A stretch of 63,686 nucleotides of DNA, counting the filler, from Polymyxa betae A26-41 (taxonomy: Eukaryota > Protista > Endomyxa: Phytomyxea): NCBI GenBank assembly GCA_003693705.1. It is 10 parts of 10 records of this genome, joined end to end, with 100 filler letters (N's around TTAATTAATTAA, not from the genome) between each part and the next. Parts side by side here need not be neighbours in the genome. Positions count along the whole stretch, not along the records: positions 43,046 to 53,796 come from RBZT01000510.1; positions 53,897 to 56,207 come from RBZT01000018.1; positions 56,308 to 60,632 come from RBZT01000889.1; positions 60,733 to 63,686 come from RBZT01000083.1; 6 more parts are not named here. The stretch is one strand, 5' to 3'. The notes under the pieces are model-generated. The model was not told where the DNA came from, did not search any database, and was given only the letters and a program-made list of their open reading frames with translations. The position numbers were made by a program, and so were the translations under genes. Below, one piece after another: positions 48,600-61,214 of this stretch (the stretch's first letter is position 1; the number at the start of each line of letters is the position of its first letter).

Positions 48600-49823
48600 T
48601 CATTTGCTGGAATTTTGGCGTATCGGAGCCCAACCTTCAGGAGTCATGTTTTCACAATACGAACGCATGACCGCAACTTCGTCCGGATCGAGAGTTTCTA
48701 ATCTGGAACGAACATTGTCGTAATGAATTCGAACGGCATCTTCAAGATGATGCCAATCGACAGCTTTGGGGGATGGAACGTGTGGATTACAAAGGTGATT
48801 GGTATCGTGCATCATCGCGTCAGTACAGCCAACGCCATAGACTCGACAGCACGCATGATGTCTGTAGCCTGAATCAAAATTCCACGCCACCGCCGGAACA
48901 GCGAATTCTAAAGGGTTTTCGCTCATCACCAGCCTGTACTTGTTTGTAGGATCGTTGAAGAAGGCCATGTGGGAGATAAGGTTGATTGGATTCGTTGGCT
49001 GTGGGCCAACCCACTGTAAATAAGCTTCTTCAAATGAGTTATTTCCTCCCCACATCCGTTCCAGATGGGCGCGGGCAACTTCCCAGGCATCACGATAGAG
49101 AAACTGGGGAAAGTTATTCCTGTGCATCATGCTAAATGTGTTGTTTGTGCCCACAGCACGCAAATCGCCGGGGTAATTGCTTTCGTGCCCTTGAATGATC
49201 ACTTGATTATTCCGAACCGCCACTTCTCTGGTCAAAAACGAAGAAAAGTGGGCATCGCTATCGACAATGCCTACGATTTCACAATTGAGCCATTGGTCCA
49301 GGAAATAGATCGCATATTGCCCCCTCATATAGCCGTGCCCAGTATACTTTCCGCCAAGAAAGGCGAAAGGCCGCGGTGTCAGGACAGATTCCGGCGGCAT
49401 GGCTTCGTAATGCACAATGTAACCAAGCTCCTCTAGCGCTGCGCCCATGATGTGGTCTGTTTCGCCCTCTTCGTCCAGAATGAAATGGACTTCAAAGTCC
49501 TCTTGATTTACAAACGCTTTGAGCTGTGGCACCAAACTTCGAAACACATTTGAATCTGCACCGTAAGTTCGCACAACAAGCCCGATTTTACCAGAACAAG
49601 GCAAGGAGGGTTGGAGAATCTGCGCTTTGGCAGGTTCTATTTCATCTTGCTCTGTACTTGGTATTGAGGCTGACGAGATTGTGCTTGGCAGTGTAGAGAT
49701 TTGCGATTCAATGGGCTGAAAGCCAAGATTTAGCAGGACAATCCACACCACCAGAGCAGAAAAGAACAGGATTGGGATTGCATTCAGATTTCCGGTCGCA
49801 TTAATCAACTTTTTCTTTTTCAT
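48600..49823 (-). CDS. Type II membrane GT-A (DxD) glycosyltransferase-like protein
   Basis: TM anchor, Ser-rich stem, IGLVVRTY, GYMRGQY..FLD, VGIVDSD. Intact 407 aa. Confidence 0.78.
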   Translation of the reverse strand: MKKKKLINATGNLNAIPILFFSALVVWIVLLNLGFQPIESQISTLPSTISSASIPSTEQDEIEPAKAQILQPSLPCSGKIGLVVRTYGADSNVFRSLVPQLKAFVNQEDFEVHFILDEEGETDHIMGAALEELGYIVHYEAMPPESVLTPRPFAFLGGKYTGHGYMRGQYAIYFLDQWLNCEIVGIVDSDAHFSSFLTREVAVRNNQVIIQGHESNYPGDLRAVGTNNTFSMMHRNNFPQFLYRDAWEVARAHLERMWGGNNSFEEAYLQWVGPQPTNPINLISHMAFFNDPTNKYRLVMSENPLEFAVPAVAWNFDSGYRHHACCRVYGVGCTDAMMHDTNHLCNPHVPSPKAVDWHHLEDAVRIHYDNVRSRLETLDPDEVAVMRSYCENMTPEGWAPIRQNSSK

Positions 49824-50897
49824 CTCGCCACAAAGAATAAGTTCAGCTGAGTCAACGTTGTAGCTTTATCCCAGAATTTGCCTGATCGAAAACGTTTAAG
49901 CAGGAAACTGGAAGGGGCTGTCTCACTCATCACTTGCTGTTATGGAAGTCACAGGAGTGGGCATAGTACCTGCAAAACCCAAAGCTATTTGTATCAGCCG
50001 TAGGCTTCAATTAATTTGCCTTACACAGCATTCAGATATTCAAAGAAAGTTTGAATTATGCCTCGTATAGAAGCTGTTAAAACTCGTGATAGGGTAGGTT
50101 GGAGTTGTCGTAATCATGAGAGCAGTGATATCCGCGTCGTCTTTTTTTGACAATGATAAAAACGTTGTAACAAGAGATTTCATTTCAATGCATAATGGTA
50201 ACACTGAAATTACACAAGAAATGATACTTAAGAAAACGTGGGTTGAACTTCAATTGAAAATGTTCTGATACATAGATCAATGACTTTGTGATATATTTCG
50301 ATGTAGCAAGCGAAAGCGAACCGATGATATTTGAGTGCGGACAAGTACGATGTCTGATGGCGCTGAGTCAGAAAGAAGAGTTGATCGCAAAGAAACGACC
50401 ACAAACTTGAGAAGTTGACTGGTTCTGGGAAGGTTCAGTACGGTTCTGCTGAGCCATGTTCACAGTCGCGGAGTTCGGACTTTGATCGTCCGCTGAACCG
50501 CTCGCGTTGCCTCTTGCCTGAGATGATGCAGAACGAGTGTTCGCCATCCAACTACTCAGAACTCAGGAGTCAACGATAAGTGGTCAAAACCAAAGTGAGT
50601 TTAGTAATCAAGATCATCAGGTACTCCAGGGCCGGTCACGTGCACGAACCACCACGATTAGCACATCTGTAGCACGAGCAATGTCAGAAATCATTGCAGA
50701 CAGAAAAAACAGATGATAAAAGAGAAATGGGACGAATAACTTCGGATAAAACTGGAAAACGTGCTGAACCATGAACGAATGTGGACATTACTCTAATACA
50801 AATGGTAAAGAATAGCAAGCGTTGATAAAAGCAATAAAATTTCGAAATTGGGCAGAGCCGCCCTCCAAAAATGTGAAAATTTCGAAAAAAGGATTAC

Positions 50898-52270
50898 GAC
50901 CTCGGCGAACCCGGTCACGACGATGACCCGATCGAGGTCCAGCATTTCCTTAGATCGATTTCAAATCGGCGGGCAGATCGGGAAGATAGAACGCGAGATT
51001 GGTGCGAGGCTGGATCGACGGCGACGAATCCAGAGCCTTGGACGAAGTTTGGCTTGGGCGCATTACGAACGGCAGCGGATTCCATAAACGACGAACGAAT
51101 CTCCATCGAAAGCGTCTTGAGATTCGCAATCGATTTCATGCCGCCGCTGAGATCGGCGAACAAAGGCGTCTGTTGCGATAATCGCACCATCAAGGGATGC
51201 AAGAGCGCGATCGTTTGAACGTCATATCATTGGTGCTGAACGTGCGACATCCGCGGGCCTCGATTCCTTCCGCGACGAGATTGTTGTCGTTCATGAGAAG
51301 GGTTCAGCGAGTCCGGCCGATCACGGCGCCAATAACAGTGAGGAAATCGCTCCAATCTTCCGATCGGTTCAGCAACGACTCCAGAGATTCGGAAACAGCG
51401 GCAGAACGGCCTGAGCAGAGCGCGTGCGCTGATTCAGCTCTTGCTTCATAACGGCGGCGTTCCCAAGAAGACGGTAGAGATTCGTCAACATGTCCGATGA
51501 GCGAGCTCCGATCGCGAATCGATGTTCAGCAGCGAACGGCCGTTCTCGGAGATCGACGCGAAAGGATTAATGTAGTCGAGGTCGACGCCGAGGCCTTTCT
51601 TCGACGAATCGTAAATGAAATCGATGAGGGCGTCAACATCCTGCTTCACCTTGACTGAACTGCAATACTGCGAGACTCGAACCTGTTGAGCCTCGATTCT
51701 CGTAAATTTCGCGGGTGTAATCGTGAACGGGAGCGAGACGTGGTGGCGACCAACTGAGAGGAAAGAGTTATGGTTTAGGGTTGTGAGAGAGCGATCGAGG
51801 TAACCAACCTTGGCACCAAGAGGAGCTTTGACGAGATCGCCGCCGATAGATCCAGCGCCGCATCCCGTAACAGCGACGTTCTTGTCCTGGAACGAGACGC
51901 CGCCGACCATGGACTCGAGAGCATCGAAGAAAGTGTTGGTCATGGATTGGTCGAAGGTCCATTGGCTCGGATCACGACGATCGCGTGACGAAAGGAAGAT
52001 AAAAGGTTGGGTGGCGCCTTTGCTGGAAGGCTTCATTTCGCGAACGTAATCTGCAAACGAGCTAACACCAAAGCGATGGACTTCGCTGTAGACGGCGTCG
52101 CCGCTCTCAGCGATCGACATTCGCGGACCCGTCGGAATAGAAACTGAAAGAAAATGTGAAAAAAAAAACGGCAGCCGGAGAAGCAGCTGATTACCTTCGC
52201 GATACACAGACAGGGCGCCTGACCTGGGAGCACAGACAGACCGCCCTGACAGACGTTGAGGTCGACGATC
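50898..52270 (-). pseudogene. FAS2: Fungal-type fatty acid synthase alpha fragment (KR domain to KS start)
   Basis: VAVTGCGAGSIG, QDVDALIDFIYD..GLGVDLDYINPFA..ENG..IDSRSELAHR, GAVIG.TR..LMNDNNLVAEGIE, PLFADLSGG, DLDRVIVVTGFAEV. Short GT-AG introns near 51753-51803 and 52144-52194. Frameshifts and deletions. Confidence 0.88.
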
Positions 52271-53896
52271 GTCGTGACAATAGTCTCTATCTATGAATGA
52301 CTATGATATTATAATAGTGTAATACTTTAATAGTGTAATATGTGCGCAAATAAAACTGCGAAATCTTTTCTCACTGCAAATTCGGTAACAGTTTTTTTTC
52401 TGCAATGGGCTTTGCAATCTGGTAGTTTATGAATTTAGTATGATTTGAATTAGCGGCTATGAGCCATGTTGATAGCGCTCGGCCTGTATTAGGCTGACCA
52501 AGACGGCTAACGTTCGCAAGGCTTGAAATAATCTTTAAGGCAGCGAATTCACGGCGATGACTAGAGAGACTATGAAGACAGGCAAGATGCAAAGCATCAA
52601 TGATCTCTTCAATCGAGGGTGTAAGCATGAGGCGCCTTTCGAGGACGAGAAATTGACTGAAGTAGCAGAAATAAGGGACAGAATTTGCAATTGAATAAAA
52701 GTTACCAAAGTCGGTAGGAAAATTGAGCGCCTTCTATCATGCAGCAAGTGCTTCAGAAGATGCAATTCGTCAATAATTTGAGATTTTGTTGACTTGTGAC
52801 GAATGTGACATACCTGATCATGGTGACTGGATCAGAAAGCAGGAAGGTTACCAGAGTGGGACCCCCAAATGGGCGACGAAAACAACAGCAGAAGCAGCAG
52901 ATATTCGAAGAAAAGATGACCAAACTCAATTGCTGCCGATCTGCACCAATTTTTCACTGATTAATACAAAGGCGACCGGTTCATTCGGGAAGCGGCTCTA
53001 AACGAAATTCCAAGAGACGGTATCATATGTTCAATTTTCTTGGCACAAGCGAGGGCAGTAAAACGAATGAATTAAGTAAAGAATTAACAGCTTAGTTATT
53101 ACTCGATTATGTCATTATGATATTATCAAAGAGAAGACAACCATTGAACTAGACTTTCTCGCCAGACACATCTAGCAAAAACCTTTTCTGTAAGGATTAC
53201 GAAGAATCAGAACTATGGACGTTGATGATGCTTGAGCTTGACGAATTTAGGCGATTCAAGAACAAAAGATCTTTGATAAGGCACTATCCGATGAAGTGGC
53301 GAACGGAATCATAGGTAGCAGGCATTACAGTGAAGTTGACAGATTTCGCAATGACTCGCGCTTTATAATTCGTGGAATTTGTGACAATAACAAATGAGTT
53401 CATCGTGAGCATAAAAATGCATCCCTTTGACAAGAATTAATCCAACATTTCGGGCTGCAAACAGAATTCAGAATCCACGAAATACGCTCAGCACGTTGCA
53501 TACCGATGTTCTCTATAGCTAGTCGCTGAGTAGCTGGATTTGATGACGGGCAAAATGCATTCAGAACCTTTCTTATTCGATCGAACACATATATTATATT
53601 GGGCTAATAAATGAACTAAGGAAAATAGGGTTTCTGATACCTCAATTACAACTGATGGAAGCTCCAAGCATGGCTCTAGAGCGGAAATGATATTTACAGA
53701 TTCTAAGAGCCAGCTTTACATCAATTTTGGAAACCAGCAACAGAAAAATTTACCTCAAAGAGTCAAAGATTTCGAACAGCGGGCAGAATTCTGACANNNN
53801 NNNNNNNNNNNNNNNNNNNNNNNNNNNNNNNNNNNNNNNNTTAATTAATTAANNNNNNNNNNNNNNNNNNNNNNNNNNNNNNNNNNNNNNNNNNNN

Positions 53897-54142
53897 CAGA
53901 GACGAGATGAGAAACGTATGAATTTTGGAGTTGATCGGAATGGTTGCGTGGAGGCCGCTCCTCGCCATTCATAGTAGGGAGACGAGGGGACCCGCGTAGT
54001 CCGTGACAGTTAGGGCTCTTCCCCCTATAGGAATCGTCAGCAGGGGCGCAGCCCTCTGCGCAGCCCCTCAGGAAGGGCCAGTACGACTGCCTGGTGGTCG
54101 GCTGGGCGGCTGCGAGTACTGTCATGCTCAATGGGCATGACA
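53897..54142 (-). mobile_element. LTR 5' portion (runs into contig end)
   Basis: Begins TGTCATG at 54142. 54007-54142 is nearly identical (one indel) to 63444-63578. Confidence 0.7.
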
Positions 54143-54283
54143 GTTAACAGGACATTGTTTTGTCCTTTCACGTTTGAAGAGCTGATCTCGTTGTACGTTG
54201 CTGATATCATTGACAGTGATCAGGTTCGGAACTAAGCATTGTTTTCTTGATGCTCATTGCATTTTTAGCTTGAAGACCTCTTT

Positions 54284-55391
54284 GTGCTGAGATCAATGGA
54301 CGTTCCAACTCCTCTCTATATCCCGAACGTCAAGTTTGATCTGTCCACTATTGAGGATCAAAATGCTCTGCATGATTTCCGCTTCAAAGCTCATCAGACT
54401 GAGCAGATCAGCATCCATTTACAATTACCAGCGGTTATCATAGCTTCGGAGAGAGATCGAATTCTTGCTCCAGAAGGGCTAGCTCTGGTGCTGCGACGGT
54501 TTTGTTATCCAAACCGTCTTGGAGACCTAGGTCCCTGTCCGGACGTTCGATTCCGTCTATGTCACGAATCATTCGCACGACAGGTGCAAATAAGAATTTC
54601 GATCTCTTTTATTCTAACCAGTTTTTTAGTCGATTTAATTTATCAACGTCACAAAGACCGAATCTATCGTGCAGAAAATATTTTACTGCAACGATTGGGA
54701 ATGTATTCGGAGGCGGTCCATCGGAACAATGCTCCCTTGCAGACTTGCTTTGGGTTTATCGACGGCACAAAGCAAAAAGTCTGTCGGCCGAGCTCCAGAG
54801 TGGGGCGTCTTGGCTGGCAAAGAGGAGAAATCTTGCAACGCCAGCTAGTCAGCGGCCATAAGAGGCAGCATTGTCTGAATTACCAGGGTATATCAACACC
54901 CGACGGCTTGGTAATCAGCATGTTCGGTCCGATTGAAGTGCACAGGCATGATAGCAGTCTCCTGCGCGAATCCAGAATTCTACAGAAACTGGAGGGATTG
55001 CCTGCTGCAAATGGTTACTTAATCTACGGCGATCCCGCCTACGGGATTAGCAGATATATCTGTAGTCCATTCAAGGGCGCTGCCCTATCTCCAGTAAGTG
55101 CACATCATGGAATGCTGTATTATTTTTAAACGAGATTTGCAGGGCGAGCAGGAATTCAACTTGAGAATGAGTGCGGTCCGAGCCAGCGTCGAATGGGTCT
55201 TCGGACGCATTAAAACTCTTTTTGCGTTTGTGGATTTTTCCAAAAACTTAAAAGTGATGCATGGCCCTGTTGGGATGGATTTCTTGGTGGCGACGCTGAT
55301 GACTAATATCCATTGCTGCATCAATGGTGGTAACCAGATCAGCGATGTTTTTGGCATTAAACCGCCAACTTTAACTGAATATCTACAATAA
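54284..55391 (+). pseudogene. PIF/Harbinger transposase with introns
   Basis: LRRFCYPNRL, GFIDGT, SGHKR, TPDG, RHDS, IYGDPAY, intron near 55094-55142, MSAVRASVEWVFG. Apparent frameshift near 54530-54580. Confidence 0.88.
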
Positions 55392-55668
55392 AATGAATCG
55401 AGGTTCCGTCATGCTTGCCCTCTGACTGAAATCTATATTCTATGTACATACTCGTCTGCGAAACAGGCAAATCCGCGAATGCAAATATATACACAGCTGT
55501 GACGGACATCTATGTCTATATATTATGAAAATCGGTTGCGAAAACTGTCTAATGTGAAGGAACCGCGGTTACAGAAAAGCCCAGAAGAATTTCTGGAAAG
55601 GTTAAAAGACAAGGTCACCACTCACCAGCCATGTCGAATGGGAAGACGTCGAAGAGAGGCCGGCAAAA

Positions 55669-56207
55669 ATGAAGCGTACGGAGTCCGGGGCCGCGAAGCG
55701 GTATGACCACCGAAATGGTCGTGATGGCGATCGCGACCACCAACGAAAGAAAGGGAACGCGGGTCGCAGTCCCATGGAGTCGGGTGACGCGCAGCCCAGC
55801 GGTGGCCCGCCCAAAATTGATCAGAAGCGAGGGAAGGGCCTGATATGCTACCACTGCAAGAAGCCCGGGCATCCCGTAGTCGCATGCCCGGAGAATTTGA
55901 CAAAGGATCAGATCGCGCAAATTTTAGATGAGCGCAAGAAGAATTTTAATAAATCACAGAAGAAGGGTGATTATGTTTTGGTGTGCAGAATGGCTAGAAG
56001 TGATGAAGAAGCCAATAGTAGAGTCTTGGCAAGGATTTGTGAAGGAAGTTACGTGCCAGCTGTCCTTGATAGCGGAACGACAGAAGTTTGCCTCATACCC
56101 AGAACGATCGCTCAAGAAGCCGTGAAGAAGGCGAATTTAAAAATAGAAAAGTTGGACCCACCAGTCAAGCTCAGACTCGGTGATAACGAAACCGAAATCG
56201 AGTCCAC
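55669..56207 (+). pseudogene. Gypsy gag-protease fragment
   Basis: CYHCKKPGHPVVAC knuckle followed by AVLDSGT. Confidence 0.82.
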
Positions 56208-56579
56208 NNNNNNNNNNNNNNNNNNNNNNNNNNNNNNNNNNNNNNNNNNNNTTAATTAATTAANNNNNNNNNNNNNNNNNNNNNNNNNNNNNNNNNNNNN
56301 NNNNNNNGATATGTTCGAAGCCGTCCCGATCACAAGCGCGAATCGCGCCCGCCATTTGGTCTTGTTTAAATGCGCTAAGAAGCGCATCGGGTAGCAAGGC
56401 GCATTCGGTTTCCGAACTGCGAAGATTGTTTGCGACGCGCGGCACGTGCCAACTCTGCATTCGAAATCTTCATTCAGCTTGAAATGCAATTGTAAAGAAA
56501 CTCGAGAACATAAAAGAAACCTGAGTAATTCGAACAAAACGAAAGCTGTGTATTAAGCCTCGAAAAATGAGCTGTTGCC

Positions 56580-57539
56580 TTATTTTGGACCGGCTGCAGC
56601 CATGGCAGCGTGAGCCTGCTTGACGAAGTCCAGAGCGGCAATGTCTTCGTAGTATTTCTTCAGGACCGGGTAGTCAGCCAAGTCAACGCCGACGTACTTG
56701 CACCAAGACAGGATGATGTATAGGTACGAGTCGGCGACGGTGAACTTGTTGCCAACCAGATACTTCTTGCTCCCGTTGCGAAGCTCTTCCTTGGACAGAA
56801 AGTCGAACTTCAACTTAATCCTGTGATCAACGCCATCAGAAAAACTCTTAAAACATTTCGAAGAATTTAGCAAATAAAAAAACTCACAAATAAAAAATGC
56901 CATAAAACTTTCAGATGATATTGAACGAAGTCAAGCTCCAAGAATTGTAAACTCTTGTAAACTCAGAGAAAAATGGAAGCTCAGCAAACATTTAACACGA
57001 AGCTGAAAACAGAAGCAAAAACTCCAGAGACTTTGAAAATAGGCAAGCGAAAGAACAGAAGGCCATAAACAGTTTAGAGAATCAAGAGGAATGAAAGGCT
57101 CAAAATGATTCGAAAAACCACTAACTGACCGATTCAAGCAGAATTTCTTGACTTCGTCGTGAGAAGTTGGGTCGAACAAAGGTCCGAACGAGCCATGAAC
57201 TTCAGACGACAGATAGCTGAGCTTAGACTGCAACAAATAGCGTTCAGGAGTGCCATTAGCAGGGGCGAGTTCGGAAGCCGGGTTCTGGTCGGCGATCCAT
57301 TGCAGAGTGGCGGCGTTTTCATTCAAGACGGTGGTGCCATCGATGACAACGACAGGGACGTTCCCCTTCGGGTTGATAGCATAGAAGTCCTTGCCCTTGT
57401 TCGGGCCGGTCGCGACCTTGTGCTCTCTGATGTCGGCCTCGAAGGCATTGACCTTGGTCCCGAGGATTCCGGCCTTGTAAGCGGCGATATAGCTGGACGC
57501 ACCACACGACGCTGAGGTGTAATAGAGCTCGGCGACCAT
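56580..57539 (-). CDS. Glutathione S-transferase, beta-class-like; exons 57539-57130 and 56820-56580
   Basis: LYYTSASC, DFYAINPKGNVP, LNENAATLQWIAD, SSEVH, YLVGNKFTVADSYL. A GT-AG intron at 56821-57129 joins in frame to give 216 aa. Confidence 0.92.
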
Positions 57540-59141
57540 CTTAGTAGAATGTGATATAATGGTATTGAAGGAAGAGAGGGAGACAACTTGAAGAAAGAAG
57601 GAGACCACTTAGAGAAAGGCCGCAACCACTTGCAGCAACTCTGATCGACAGCGCCTCTGTTGCCACGGTTCGCAGTCTCGTATCACAAAGCCGCAGCCCC
57701 CTTGATGCACTGTCCTGCCTTGGGCCCGGCAGCCTGCTCGAGTCAGGATGAGACAGCTCTGTATCGGCTCGGGCAAAGTGCCCTCCCTGGTCGACCGTCA
57801 ACCTTCAGTTGTGATGCTGCAGCCCACTTGCCGGGCCGTATGCCGCAACCCGCTGGTGTCTTATTCCCCAACTTGGAGTATTGTTACTGCCTATAAGCGA
57901 CTTACGTTTCTTTATCTACTCTGTCCCTATGGTGAGATCGCCAAATGTCACATAGAATTTCGTTGCTGAGCTTTCAAGCTTCTGGAAGTTACCGTCTCTG
58001 CCGAATCTTAAACATTTAGGTGTGCATCGCTTTCGGTAATGGATTATTATCGGATGTGCTGGATCCAATAGACAGATTCAGATAAAAAAGAGCTTATAAT
58101 TGAGCAAATCTAACGGACTGTCCCACAGATTTCCAGGCTTAATTGCGGTCATATAGAGCTTTTTTAGGTCTCGAGCCAGCGCATGATACAATAGGTAAGA
58201 CTTCTGTATCAAGAGCAGCCAACAAATACAGAAATGAGCTCTAATCTGTTGAAATCGCCTGGATTACAACAAGTTGCGAACAACTGAGATTCTATCTTGA
58301 CTGAGATTGTTGAATGCTAAATACAAAATCTGATCCTAAGACAATCTCGCCAGATGACCAGAAACGCTGAAATTCGATGCTGCAGTTCACTAGAAACACA
58401 GGGTAATCGCCACACTATTGAATGCTCGTAAACATAGGATATTCAGATTGGTGGAATGAAGAGCAGAGAGAGGATTCATTTGCAAGCGGGGCCTCCTGCT
58501 GTTGAGCTATTGAGTCGAAGCCCACTTTCAAGTTTCAGACTTTCAATAGCATTATGGGCTGCGCCGCTATAATATCATCAAATCTAGATATGTTACTGCT
58601 CAACTCGACCATAGGAGGCGACCTCTTTAGTCAAAATCGCTATCGCTGAATCTGCATATAATCGGATCTGCTTCTCCAAATTTCAATGAAGTTCCTTTGT
58701 CGCTGCGCTAGAAGCAATTCAAGCTGAGACTTTGGAAAGAAGCTGGCAAGAAGCCGCACTGGATTGTATCTGTCATGAAGATAATTCATGTCAAACAACC
58801 TCACCTGCACTTGTGTGTGTAATTAGAGAGGCTCATTTCAACGACAATTTTTTGAATCAGAATACCCTACCTATGATACAGTACACGAACTACTGGTGTT
58901 ACTTTCCTTTCCCTTCCAAATCCTATTATGATAGCGTGGAACTCACAACAGAATTGCAGATATCTGTCTGTTCAGAAAGCAGTAATTTGCCATTACAATC
59001 ATACCACATCACTTCAACAAAACAGACGATAACAGATCGATCACGATTTCCGGATTAGCTGAAATCTATTCGGCTCCACGAAAAGCTTCACCGATGGATA
59101 CGTTCGATGAGTCCTCACATCGCATAATATCAAAAGTATGG

Positions 59142-59302
59142 GTCGTACTGCAATCGATGTGATGGCACTAACGGCAAACATTCGAAATAGCGTGGCGGCA
59201 ACGAATGCTGAATTGAAAATTTCTTCCTGCAACAAAAAATTCGGACTCGTCGACTATTTCGAATGTTTGCCGATACTGCCATCGCATCGATTGCAGTACG
59301 AC
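59142..59302. repeat. Hairpin: 49-bp inverted repeats with 63-bp loop
   Basis: 59142-59190 versus 59254-59302, 46/49 Watson-Crick pairs. Confidence 0.88.
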
Positions 59303-60756
59303 ACCAACGTTGAATATTCTGCAATGTGATCTGTGTGGTTGAGGGAATAGGAGCAGCAGAGGCTGGGCACTTTGTTACAGGAATAAAGTGGAACACAACA
59401 CAGCTGGCCACAATTATCTGTATTGAGACCCACTGATCAATGATCATCGGTAGATTTGCGCTGGTCAGACAACCGAGATTGATTAGTTTCAGATATCATT
59501 TCCTCTAATCGCAGATTGCGCATTGTAATTATAAATGGTAAAGTTGATGTTTTCACCATCAAATTCCGTTTATTATTGCAGCATTCGATCATGGATCAAA
59601 AATTTTAACAGACGTTGCCTTCTTCAAATATCATATTTGCAACCTTTATTCTGAAACAAGTTGTGAATGTATCCTTCAATACCAATCGAAATTCAAAGAA
59701 GTGTCATTGGAGTTCTCATTTCTAAGAAAAATCGTCTCCTAATACAAACTCTGCTCGATCTGGGTCGTCTTCGGAGAATAACAATCGGGATAAAGGAAAT
59801 TCAACTCCGCCATTTTCCTTCGAATCATGAACCGTTTCGTAATCTGGACCGTGCTGGCCGCCGTCTCATTCGCTTTGTGGCCATCCCCGCGGGGACATTT
59901 CCCCAACCAATCAGCTTTCCCAAACAATCGTTGATCGGTTGTGGATCAATAATTATACAGAGATGCTGGCAGATACCCCATCGATAGCCCCAACACACCA
60001 AACTGGTCTTCGCGCTCTCCGCTCTGCTGTTGCTGCATATTATCTTTGTTGCTGTTGCCTCTTTGGGCGTCTGTGACTTCACCGCTTGTTTCGAGTATAA
60101 AATGTGCTTATGTAGTTGTGCTGGCGGCGCTATGAACCCTTTCGCATGGCTCTCAAAATCTTCATATGACCATCTGATAATTGGTGGATTTCTTGATGAG
60201 TTCATTGTCTGATTAATGTGGACGTAGAACCTTACTAAGCAAGCCTCAGTTGCCGCTATAAGACTGGAAGCAACTCATAGAAATATTTTTTCTCAGTAGT
60301 CGTTTGCACATTTGAAAAATATTTCTCTAGAACCTAGGCGATATAGACAATTGCTTGAAAACTTTACCGTCTTTCTAGATGGATTGCCAATTAGCAGTCG
60401 CTCATACATAAAACCTAAAGCCTAACTTCGTGGCATCGTTGTAAAAGTAGCGTTCCTGATGTTGAAACGATCGTTGACAGTCGCGGCAAGTGAGGTCCGC
60501 CTTTGGCACAGGATTGCTGTATTTCTATGGGCCGCCACCGATCAAGATACACTTGTAAACAAAGGACAATATATTATCCAAACGATTAATGCTTTCACAA
60601 TAAAACCTGGTATCTCTAAAACCACGGTAAAGNNNNNNNNNNNNNNNNNNNNNNNNNNNNNNNNNNNNNNNNNNNNTTAATTAATTAANNNNNNNNNNNN
60701 NNNNNNNNNNNNNNNNNNNNNNNNNNNNNNNNATATTGTGAAAAATTAAAAAATAA

Positions 60757-61032
60757 CATAAAGAAATTGAAAATGAAAAATATGAAAAATGCGTTTTACA
60801 AAATATATTTAAAAAATGTGATAAATGGGGATGTAATAATGAAATAAATGTAAATGAATGGTATGTAGATGAATATGAACTTTATAAAAAATATTATTGT
60901 AAAGATTGTGTGAAAATTTGTAAAAAGTGTAAAAGCGTCGTTCCAGAAAACCGTTATTGTGTGGTTTGTTATGATACTCACGATAAAAAAATGTTGAAAA
61001 CTTATTTAGACAGAAATGGAATTGAAGATTGA
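60757..61032 (+). CDS. Cys-rich (Cx4C, 3x CxxC) small protein in a very AT-rich island, 5'-partial
   Basis: Own translation: ..KKCDKWGCNN..YYCKDCVKICKKCKS..RYCVVCYDTHDKKMLKTYLDRNGIED*. Not in the ORF track. Confidence 0.55.
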   Translation, partial: HKEIENEKYEKCVLQNIFKKCDKWGCNNEINVNEWYVDEYELYKKYYCKDCVKICKKCKSVVPENRYCVVCYDTHDKKMLKTYLDRNGIED

Positions 61033-61214
61033 TATTATTTTGAATAATTTTTTAATTATTAATTTAAAAAAAATAAATATATATGTATTTTTATAATTTT
61101 TTAATTTTCATTTTAAAGAATAAAAATATATGGGTATTTTTTTACGTCTTTTTGAAACCCCAGACAAGGAAAATATGCTGTCATTTTTGAAAAAAAATCC
61201 AAAACTGACACGTT

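Noticed and set aside
54000-54045. Hammerhead-like CTGACGA-stem-GAAG on the minus strand (also near 63546)
   Set aside because: GAAG instead of GAAA, and stems I and III cannot be formed.
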